Assembly (NCBI GenBank): GCA_947463705.1
Contig: CANHSO010000003.1
Span: 1 to 43,241 of the forward strand
Direction: 5' to 3'
DNA: 43,241 bases
DNA from: Bacteriovoracaceae bacterium
GTDB taxonomy: Bacteria; Bdellovibrionota; UBA1018
Made by a program: the position numbers and the translations under genes
Part shown: positions 35,989 through 43,241 of the stretch, one piece after another
How positions within the stretch are numbered: position 1 is the first letter of the stretch
How the letters are laid out: every line of letters starts with the position of its first letter
Notes under the pieces: model-generated
Told to the model about the DNA's origin: nothing
The model's database searches: none
The model's input: only the letters and a program-made list of their open reading frames with translations

Positions 35989-36540
35989 TTATTTTGTGTT
36001 TCCGCTACTCAGTACGACACGAGCAGGACGGAGGAGCCGTCCATACAGGGTATAGCCTCGAGTATGTTCTTGAGCGACGGATCCTTCAGGAAGTTCCGAA
36101 GGCATTTGTCCTACCGCTTCATGGAAGTTCGGGTCAAAGGGTTTTGCTGAGGTCTCGATGACTTCTACGCCTTGCTTTTGAAGGGAGGATCTGAACTCAT
36201 TCAGGATCATCGTGAGTCCGTTCATGAAGTTTTGATCGGTTCCAGCTGGCACGTGAGCAATGGCTCGGTCTAGATTGTCGGCAGTTTGAAGAAGGTCGCG
36301 AGCGACAGATTCCCAACCAAACTTGATCAGGTCTGAGCGTTCTTTGATTGAGCGCTTTTTGAAGTTCTCAAACTCGGCGTAGAGGTAGAGGTACTTACCC
36401 TCTTTCTCCTTCACTTGGACTTCTAGGTCTTGAATTTGCTTTTGTAACTTTTGTATCTCTGAGTTGCCCTCTGCACCCTCATGGGTGCCTGGGGTCGGGT
36501 TTTCAGAGTTTTGTAGATGGATGTCATTCTGCTCGTTCAC
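35989..36540 (-). CDS. grpE: Nucleotide exchange factor GrpE
   Basis: AEFENFKKR, DNLDRA, FDPNFHEAV, GY...RLLRPARV. Start moved to GTG 36540 after GGAGG. Confidence 0.96.
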   Translation of the reverse strand: MNEQNDIHLQNSENPTPGTHEGAEGNSEIQKLQKQIQDLEVQVKEKEGKYLYLYAEFENFKKRSIKERSDLIKFGWESVARDLLQTADNLDRAIAHVPAGTDQNFMNGLTMILNEFRSSLQKQGVEVIETSAKPFDPNFHEAVGQMPSELPEGSVAQEHTRGYTLYGRLLRPARVVLSSGNTK

Positions 36541-36569
36541 TTCTCTATCCTCCAATGCTGCTAGGTAGT

Positions 36570-36595
36570 ATGGGTATGAAATCTCTGAAGTCAAA
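36570..36595 (-). promoter_or_regulatory. Sigma-32 (RpoH)-like promoter of grpE
   Basis: TTTGAC-N15-CCCAT, with boxes and spacing identical to the dnaK site. Confidence 0.7.
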
Positions 36596-36603
36596 TGCCA
36601 GAG

Positions 36604-37710
36604 TCAAGCCAATGCTCGAATGATTTGGTCAGAGAGTGCAAACCCACGTGCTGTCAGGCGTTTTCGGGTTGGGTCGGTCGGATGTTTTTCAATTAAACCC
36701 TCATTTTCGAAAATTTCAACGCGTTTTTGCTGAAGTTGAGTCTCAAGCCAATTGGTTGGAAAGCCTGTGTCGAGTCGCAGGGCTAGCATCCACTTTTCTA
36801 GTTGTTTTTCTGCGTCTCCCAGGACCTCTTCGTTCTCCATGACGCTTTCATTTTTCTCGAGGAGCGCCGAATACCGATGGAGCGAGGAGATGTTTTTCCA
36901 GCGGAGCGAATTTCGAGCATCGTAGGAGTGAGCAGAGGGGCCAAGTCCTAGATAGGAGTGTCCTTGCCAGTAGTTGAGATTATGGCGGGCTTTTTTCCCT
37001 GGCTTGGCAAAATTGGAAATCTCGTAATGGTCAAACCCGTGGGAAGTCATCCATTCGTGCACCCAGAGGAGGTGCTGGAGTTGAGTTTCTTCGTCAGGCA
37101 AAAGCTTGCTCATTGGGTTTTGTTTGGGCAGGGTGAGCAAGTAGCAGCTGAGGTGAGTGATAGGAAACTGGGTCAGAATTTCTAGTGCTTCTTTTAGGTC
37201 GTTCTCAGTTTGTTCAGGTACTCCGCAAAGCAGATCAACAGAAACATTTTCAAATCCTGCTTGAAAAACGGCTTCTAGAGCCTTTGGGACCGCCTCTCTC
37301 GAGTGAACCCGGCCAAGAGCCTTTAAAAAGTCCGACCGCATGGCTTGAACTCCCATGCTGATTCGATTCACCCCCAGCGAACGATATTCACGCATCGCTT
37401 CTAACTCAATGGACGAGGGATTAGCTTCCATGGTCCATTCGGTATTTGGCGTGATCCGTTGAGAGAGTTCAAGAGGCTCTAGTGCTCGCCTCATCGAGTC
37501 AGGAGGAGTCATGCTTGGAGTTCCACCCCCAAAAAAAATCGTATCGAGCTGATCAGAGAGCAGATGGGCTTTTTGGCCGGCCTCTTTTTTGAGGGCCAGC
37601 TCAAACCTCTGTGGGTCAGTTTCTCGAGTTTTTTCTCTGCCCAGCGAGTAGAAGTCGCAGTAATGACATTTTGACTCGCAAAACGGGAAGTGGACGTACA
37701 AAGATTGCAT
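36604..37710 (-). CDS. hemW: Radical SAM heme chaperone HemW (HemN-like)
   Basis: LYVHFPFC..KCHYCDF, GGGTPS, EANP, HYEISNF, HNLNYW. Confidence 0.92.
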   Translation of the reverse strand: MQSLYVHFPFCESKCHYCDFYSLGREKTRETDPQRFELALKKEAGQKAHLLSDQLDTIFFGGGTPSMTPPDSMRRALEPLELSQRITPNTEWTMEANPSSIELEAMREYRSLGVNRISMGVQAMRSDFLKALGRVHSREAVPKALEAVFQAGFENVSVDLLCGVPEQTENDLKEALEILTQFPITHLSCYLLTLPKQNPMSKLLPDEETQLQHLLWVHEWMTSHGFDHYEISNFAKPGKKARHNLNYWQGHSYLGLGPSAHSYDARNSLRWKNISSLHRYSALLEKNESVMENEEVLGDAEKQLEKWMLALRLDTGFPTNWLETQLQQKRVEIFENEGLIEKHPTDPTRKRLTARGFALSDQIIRALA

Positions 37711-37743
37711 GAATTGAGTATCGATTCTGAGGGAAAGGTCATT

Positions 37744-37776
37744 CAGTCCGATCCGCGAAAGTCGCCGATCGGACTG
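37744..37776. other. Strong hairpin between the RRM gene and hemW
   Basis: CAGTCCGATC/GATCGGACTG with an inner GCGA/TCGC pair. No U-tract on the minus strand. Confidence 0.6.
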
Positions 37777-37817
37777 GTGAGTTCATCAAAAGGTGGGTTA
37801 TAAAGAAAATTAAGGCC

Positions 37818-38213
37818 TTAGTAGCGTCCGCCGCGACCTGAGCCGCCACCGAAGCCACCACGTCCTCCACCACTACTGCTGCCACCGAAACCACCGCGTC
37901 CGCCACGACCTGAACCACCGCCGAAGCCGCCACGTCCTCCGCTGCCTTCGTGACTTCGGGGCTCTGTTTCCTTGGCTTCGCTCACGGTGAGCGGTCTGCC
38001 CATGAAATCATGGCCATGGAGAGCCTGAATGGCTTTTTCAGCGTCGGCTGGCGTTGCCATTTCAACAAAGCCAAAACCTCTGGAGCGGCCGGTAATTTTG
38101 TCATTCAGGAGGCGTACTGACACTACTTGTCGACCGTCGTTTGAGAAAAGAGCCTGCAATTGGGCTTCTTCTGCGGAAAAGGGGAGGTTACCTACGTAAA
38201 GCTTTTTGTTCAT
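37818..38213 (-). CDS. RRM RNA-binding protein with an RGG/Gly-rich tail
   Basis: RNP2 LYVGNL, RNP1 RGFGFVEM, three GGRGGFGG units. Confidence 0.95.
   Translation of the reverse strand: MNKKLYVGNLPFSAEEAQLQALFSNDGRQVVSVRLLNDKITGRSRGFGFVEMATPADAEKAIQALHGHDFMGRPLTVSEAKETEPRSHEGSGGRGGFGGGSGRGGRGGFGGSSSGGGRGGFGGGSGRGGRY
37822..37945 (-). repeat. Three imperfect tandem GGRGGFGG-coding repeats
   Basis: Repeated CCGCCACCGAAGCCACCACGTCC-like units on the + strand. Confidence 0.7.
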
Positions 38214-38375
38214 AAATCAGATTCGACTCCTTTCAGTCGTGGGCGCATTTTAGCGAAGGAGTTTTGTAAAGTCTATAGCGTAAGGCAATCGCCTCGAACG
38301 GTCTCGAGCCCAACACTGCGATCGTCCAAAAAGAAGTGGATTTAGCCGGACACTGGGCATAGGTTACTCTTCAGT

Positions 38376-41063
38376 ATGATTAAAACTTACCAGCCCGAGC
38401 AGATCGAACTTTCCAACGGAATTCCAGTGATTTTGCAGCATACAGATAGTCCTGTAGCAGCAAGCTATTGGTGGGTGAAAACCGGGAGTGCAGATGAAGC
38501 GCCTAAAGAGGCGGGGTTCGCCCACTTCTTGGAGCACATGCTCTTCAAAGACGCGTCCGCTAAGGAAACGGGTCGGGCATCCACGGGTAAGATGGCTCGG
38601 ACCATTGAGTCATTGGGGGGGGATATCAATGCCTATACCTCATTTGATCAGACTGTTTATCACGTCACCTGCGCCGCTCAGCATTGGGAGAAGGTGCTCG
38701 ATGCGTTTGGCGGGATCGCCAAACCTCAGAAATTTTTGGCAGAAGACTTTTCTAGAGAGCGAGAAGTCATTTTAGAAGAGCTTAGAAAAAATGAAGACTC
38801 CCCAGGCCGGCAGCTCTTTCAAAACCTATTTAGTCTGACCTTTTCCAAGCACCCTTACGGCAAGCCGGTGATCGGATTTGTTGAAACTTTGAAGGCTGCA
38901 AAAACGGCTCAGCTTGAAGCTTTTTATCGTAGAAATTATATCTCAGGAAAAATGGGAATCGTGTTGGTTGGCCCCATCCAGGATGTGAAAGGGGCACGAA
39001 AAAAGGAGTTGATCCGATATTTGGAGAAACACTTTGGAAATCGCGTGCTCAAGCGCAAGACCGCTGCTCCTCAGTCACGAGTGGTTGAGGCCGAGTTACA
39101 AAGTAAGTCGCGTTGGAAGGTTCAGCCATTTGATGTGAAGACGCCGACTTTGAGTCTGTCCTTTCGGGTGCCTGGTCTTGAGCACGAAGACATTCCAGCC
39201 CTGGATTTGCTGGGAAGTATTTTGGGTGCGGGTGAGTTATCGAGACTCTACCAGCGGCTATTTTATAAGGATTCGCTGGTGACCGATGCATCGGGTGGAA
39301 TGTATGTGCCTAAAGATCCCGGTATGCTTTATTTCCAAGCCGAGACGGATTCACTCGATAAAATCAAACCCGTAGCTAAGGCGATTTTTGAAGAGATCAA
39401 ACGCATCAGCGAAGAGGGGCCGACCGCTGAAGAGATTTCTCGGGTTTTGGTGAATGCCGAAAGTGAACGCCTTTATGCGACTCAGACTGCAGATGGGATG
39501 GCAGGGCGTTTAGGGTTTCTCAAGTTCATCATGGGCGATCTGGAGTTTGATCGTGAATACCTCGAGCAGCTCCGTCAGGTGGATTCGCTCAAGATTAAAG
39601 AAGTTGCAAAAAAGTACTTCGATGAGCGACGTTTGAGCGGCGTTATTTTGGTGCCCAAAACCGATGCACAGTTTGAAGTTTGGGAAATGGAAAAGTGGGC
39701 CAAGGAGATGCTCTCGACCCATGTCGAAGCGGTCGAGACCCAATTGCCTCCTATTCTTTCTCGGGAGTTGAAAGGCTCCAAGGGAGTGAAGAGTGGTGAA
39801 TTACCTGTTGAATTTGCTCAGCTCTCGTCGGGTGTTAAAATCTGCTACTTGCCTCGGCCTAGCTCACAGGTGTTCAGTGTGTATGCCTCAGTGTTGGGTG
39901 GAGTGAGGCTTGAACTGGCACATCCTGTTGACAGCGCTGAAAAGGATTGGGGCTCGAGCGCAATGATGGCGCTTGCCTGGACTAAAGGTACCTCCGTCCG
40001 GGATGCTCGATCAATTGCTGCTCTTACGGAGGGTAAAGCCTCGAGCTTGGATGGGTTTTCGGGTCGAAACAGCGTGGGGCTTCAAGCTACCGGTTTAGCT
40101 CGGGATTGGAATAGTCTCTCTGAGTTATTTACGGAAGTTTTAGTGGATCCGACCTTTCCGAATGATGAAGTGGATCACGCGCGCCGAATTGCCGAAGATT
40201 CCGTCAGGTCAGTCGAGGATCACACTTCTCAGCTGTGTTCGAAGCTCTTTTTAGAGACTCTTTTTGAAAAGCACCCGTATGGGAAAATGAGCCACGGCTC
40301 GCTGGACAGCTTAAAAACGATCGACTCGGCGAAGTTGCGTGCGTTTCATCGCGGCTGGGTTCAGCCTGAACGACTGGTACTCTCCGTGAGTGGTAACGTG
40401 AAAAGAAATGCCTTAGAGGCTTGGGTTCATGAACTCGATCAGAGATTGAAATCTTTCAAGCAAACTGCTTCAGGCCTTGTTTTGCCGGAAAAGCTGGAAG
40501 ATGAAGCGCCTCTTCAGGCACCTCGTTGGGTAGAGCGCACCTTAGGGAGAGAACAGGCTCATATCATGGTGGGCGGTTTGGGCACCCGAATTACAGCCGA
40601 TGATCGTCATGCTATGCGGATTCTTCAGACTCTATTGGGAGGACAAAGCGGCAGGCTGTTTATTGAGTTGAGAGAGAAAAAGAGCCTAGCCTATACGGTC
40701 TCACCCGTGAGTTTTGAAGGGATTGAGCGCGGCTATTGCGGAACCTATATTGCTTGTGCCCCGCAGAAAAAACAGGAAGCCATCGACGGGATGCGTAAAG
40801 TCCTTGAAGATCTGCTTCGCAAGCCTCCGACCGCCCAGGAGATGAATCGAGCTAAGGAATTTTATCTCGGACGTCGTGCGATGGATCTTCAAAGTGACTC
40901 GTCACTGTCGACTCACTTTGGATTGGAGTCATTGTATCAGATCCCTTATCTGAGTGAGCTTCAATTAACCAAGAAGATTAAGGCAATCACTGCCAAAGAT
41001 CTGCAGAAAGTCTGCAGAAAATACTGGGTTGAGCCGTTCCAGGTGACCTGCCAGGTTGGCTGA
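38376..41063 (+). CDS. M16 (pitrilysin/PqqL-like) zinc protease with two fused halves
   Basis: GFAHFLEHMLFK (HxxEH), INAYTSFDQT, REVILEE, HPYG. The second half lacks HxxEH and carries SGRLF.ELREKKSLAY. Confidence 0.93.
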   Translation: MIKTYQPEQIELSNGIPVILQHTDSPVAASYWWVKTGSADEAPKEAGFAHFLEHMLFKDASAKETGRASTGKMARTIESLGGDINAYTSFDQTVYHVTCAAQHWEKVLDAFGGIAKPQKFLAEDFSREREVILEELRKNEDSPGRQLFQNLFSLTFSKHPYGKPVIGFVETLKAAKTAQLEAFYRRNYISGKMGIVLVGPIQDVKGARKKELIRYLEKHFGNRVLKRKTAAPQSRVVEAELQSKSRWKVQPFDVKTPTLSLSFRVPGLEHEDIPALDLLGSILGAGELSRLYQRLFYKDSLVTDASGGMYVPKDPGMLYFQAETDSLDKIKPVAKAIFEEIKRISEEGPTAEEISRVLVNAESERLYATQTADGMAGRLGFLKFIMGDLEFDREYLEQLRQVDSLKIKEVAKKYFDERRLSGVILVPKTDAQFEVWEMEKWAKEMLSTHVEAVETQLPPILSRELKGSKGVKSGELPVEFAQLSSGVKICYLPRPSSQVFSVYASVLGGVRLELAHPVDSAEKDWGSSAMMALAWTKGTSVRDARSIAALTEGKASSLDGFSGRNSVGLQATGLARDWNSLSELFTEVLVDPTFPNDEVDHARRIAEDSVRSVEDHTSQLCSKLFLETLFEKHPYGKMSHGSLDSLKTIDSAKLRAFHRGWVQPERLVLSVSGNVKRNALEAWVHELDQRLKSFKQTASGLVLPEKLEDEAPLQAPRWVERTLGREQAHIMVGGLGTRITADDRHAMRILQTLLGGQSGRLFIELREKKSLAYTVSPVSFEGIERGYCGTYIACAPQKKQEAIDGMRKVLEDLLRKPPTAQEMNRAKEFYLGRRAMDLQSDSSLSTHFGLESLYQIPYLSELQLTKKIKAITAKDLQKVCRKYWVEPFQVTCQVG

Positions 41064-41111
41064 TCTTACTGGTAAAAAAATGAATATTCAGACAAACTAG
41101 AAATAAGCTCT

Positions 41112-41729
41112 ATGCTTTATCAATTTGGGACTACTTTTGTAGCAATTTTTGTTGCTTTAGACGTGATCGGAACCTTGCCTTTGTTTGTTTCGATGACCCA
41201 TCGACTCTCAGCTTCTAAGCGAAATGAGATCGTGGATACGTCCATGCTGGTGGCGCTTAGTGTCGCTGTGGCGTTTGTTTTCGTTGGTGAGGCCGTATTT
41301 CGATATTTGGGTATCGCAATCTTTGATTTCAAAATTGCGGGGGGGCTTGTGCTTCTTTTGGTTTCCCTAGTTGATCTTGTGGGGAGCCCCGAGCCTACGA
41401 ATCGTGCAACGGGTTCTACCGGTATAGTGCCGCTGGCAGTTCCTCTGATTACTGGGCCTGCGATGATTGCGACCTTGGTGTATCAGGTCAATAACGTGGG
41501 CTATGTCCTTACTGTAGGGGCTTTGCTAGGAAACTATCTCATTGCTTGGATAGTGCTCAAGAACTCTCAAAAAGTCACTGATGCGATCGGCAAAGACGGT
41601 ACCGTGGTGATCTCGAAAGTGGTCGCCCTGCTTCTTGCTGCGATTGCAGTGGCTATGATCCGCAGTGGAGTTTTTGGTGCCATCAAGGAGTATGGCTTGT
41701 TGGAGCATGCGCTCTCAATTGGTCAATAA
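41112..41729 (+). CDS. marC: MarC-family membrane protein
   Basis: FKIAGGLVLL, IVPLAVPLITGPA, six TM segments. Confidence 0.9.
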   Translation: MLYQFGTTFVAIFVALDVIGTLPLFVSMTHRLSASKRNEIVDTSMLVALSVAVAFVFVGEAVFRYLGIAIFDFKIAGGLVLLLVSLVDLVGSPEPTNRATGSTGIVPLAVPLITGPAMIATLVYQVNNVGYVLTVGALLGNYLIAWIVLKNSQKVTDAIGKDGTVVISKVVALLLAAIAVAMIRSGVFGAIKEYGLLEHALSIGQ

Positions 41730-42606
41730 AGAGGACAAAGAGAATCCAAAGGCTCATACCAAAAAGCAAGTGGACGATCTGGAGCGTAACCGGCGCAAGT
41801 TGGATTAAGTTGAGCACTCCAAGTGCGATATTGGTTGCCAGTCCACCTAAGAGAAGATTGCCATAACTGCGAAGTTTTCCCTGGTCTGTCCGAGAAATCG
41901 AGAATACCCAAGTACTCAAAAATGCAGCAAAAGATACTGCTAAAATCGGATGAATGATCCTGAGTTTGACCAAGAAGTGGCTCGCAGCGCTCAAGTCTTG
42001 ATGAATCCCTTGAAGTAAGCTCTCTGCTGGAAATAGCGTATCGCCTAAAGCAGTGATTGCTCCGGCCATTCCGACGCAGAAAAAGAACACACAAAAAAGG
42101 AGTGATTGTGTGCGAATGCGCGAAGGACTCAAAATCCAGCCTTTGCCGCCGCGCCCAGCACTCGTTGCGATGAGCACCAGCGAGCCGACGAGGACTAGTG
42201 TGTTGGAGAAGTGCAAAGAGACGGAAAGAGTTCGCTTTATGGACTGATCTTTGTAAACCAGCTCAAATAAGACCAGGCCTGCACCGATCAGCGCCTCAAG
42301 TAGAATGGAAATGCATGCAATGGCCGCAGCCTTGCGGGTAAAGGAGGCTTTTGGAAAAGTTTTAAAACTCAAAAATCCAACTCCCAGCACGAGCACAAGG
42401 CTGAGGCCTGAAGTCATGCGATGAAAAAATTCAATCTGAGTTTTTGCTGTTGGTTCGGTGGGGAGAACCTGGCCATTGCAGAGCGGCCAATGGCTCCCAC
42501 AACCGGCTCCTGAGCCGGTCGCTCGAACGTAAGCCCCCCAGAGGATCACGAGAACAGTATAGAAAAGTACGAAATAGACCCATGATTGAAGTTTTTTCGG
42601 ATTCAT
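41683..42606 (-). CDS. ctaA: Heme A synthase (COX15/CtaA)
   Basis: GAYVRATGSGAGC..HWPLC, EFFHR and further TM His residues. Start moved to ATG 42606. The 3' end overlaps marC by 47 nt. Confidence 0.88.
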   Translation of the reverse strand: MNPKKLQSWVYFVLFYTVLVILWGAYVRATGSGAGCGSHWPLCNGQVLPTEPTAKTQIEFFHRMTSGLSLVLVLGVGFLSFKTFPKASFTRKAAAIACISILLEALIGAGLVLFELVYKDQSIKRTLSVSLHFSNTLVLVGSLVLIATSAGRGGKGWILSPSRIRTQSLLFCVFFFCVGMAGAITALGDTLFPAESLLQGIHQDLSAASHFLVKLRIIHPILAVSFAAFLSTWVFSISRTDQGKLRSYGNLLLGGLATNIALGVLNLIQLAPVTLQIVHLLFGMSLWILFVLFIDQLRAHAPTSHTP

Positions 42607-42641
42607 GTGAGGCTTCTTTCTACTCCTCTGAAAACCCGAGT

Positions 42642-43241
42642 TCAACGCTTTTGTGAGTTTGGACTCTCGGGTTCGCTTTCTTCGAAAGAGCAATTGTATT
42701 GGATCTGAAGTTTTTTAATTGCGCGATGAAACTCGGATTCAGGGTCAGGCTCAATTGCATCGGTGTAAAGTTCAAATAGCTGCTCCGCGGCTTCAGGTCG
42801 TACGGTGTTCTCTTCTTCCGGTCCTCTTTTAGGTTTGAGTATGGATTCAAATTTTTTGATCTCGGGCCCTTGGATCGCTCCTCTTCCGAGCTTGAGAAGG
42901 GCGTCGATTTTCGATTGTCCTTGAAGGGCTTGGATAAATCTCAGTTGTCTTTGGAGGCGCGATGTCAGTCGCTCCCGGTAGCGCTCGAGAAGATTTGGGA
43001 GCTTTTTTGCATTTTGACTCTTGAGGAGTGCTCTGGAGACCTGGTCTCGAGTGCCTGGCTGGTTGAGATTTGTGAAGTTCGGATAAATTTGGGCCGGACC
43101 GACCGAGTGTACGAGTTCCAGGGTTGTGTTGTCAAAAGGGCCTGCAAGTAAACAAGGCTGCCCCAGGAGGATTACGTGGATTTCAGAAGCTTGGGCGACT
43201 TGGCCTGAACTGGTCAGGAGAATGAGATGAAGTGAAAGGTA
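42642..43241 (-). CDS. Secreted hypothetical protein (5'-partial, not in the ORF track)
   Basis: Hand translation shows an open frame from the window edge: YLSLHLILLTSSGQVAQA|SEIHVILLGQPCLLAGPFD...QYNCSFEESEPESPNSQKR*. Confidence 0.7.
   Translation of the reverse strand, partial: YLSLHLILLTSSGQVAQASEIHVILLGQPCLLAGPFDNTTLELVHSVGPAQIYPNFTNLNQPGTRDQVSRALLKSQNAKKLPNLLERYRERLTSRLQRQLRFIQALQGQSKIDALLKLGRGAIQGPEIKKFESILKPKRGPEEENTVRPEAAEQLFELYTDAIEPDPESEFHRAIKKLQIQYNCSFEESEPESPNSQKR

Noticed and set aside
35916-36603. CIRCE element
   Set aside because: No TTAGCACTC-N9-GAGTGCTAA upstream of grpE or dnaK.
1-43241. CRISPR arrays, tRNA/rRNA genes, IS elements or prophage
   Set aside because: No regularly spaced repeats, cloverleaf structures, transposases, integrases or phage genes were recognised.

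Overview
Chromosomal window, most likely from a Bdellovibrionota bacterium (inferred from two minimal 277-aa flagellins, an adhesin plus beta-barrel pair, and recurring sigma-28-type promoters). The standout is a tightly coupled minus-strand operon at 9070-2792. It encodes an outer-membrane FlgO/CsgG-like plus beta-barrel protein, a TPR lipoprotein, a 779-aa protein that reads as a natural FliF-FliG fusion (two tandem FliF RBM3-like ring motifs, one TM helix, FliF C-terminal helix, full FliG N/M/C lacking the EHPQ motif), a stand-alone cNMP-binding protein, and a MotA/MotB pair with a non-canonical torque interface. Together these look like a self-contained, possibly non-flagellar rotary motor. 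The rest of the window holds a glycine-rich Ig-domain adhesin, two flagellins with structured leaders, flaG, a fliD-fliS-fliT-like-TPR-GT9 operon, nadK-recN-dinB, lpxH, meaB, hemW-grpE-dnaK-dnaJ without hrcA, an M16 protease, marC and ctaA. Several elements missing from the ORF track were read by hand: a 51-aa ORF, an SH3/beta-barrel pseudogene, a GLUG-like C-terminal remnant and a 5'-partial ORF at the right edge. No rRNA, tRNA, CRISPR array or IS element was seen. All family calls come from motif recognition by eye, not from database searches.
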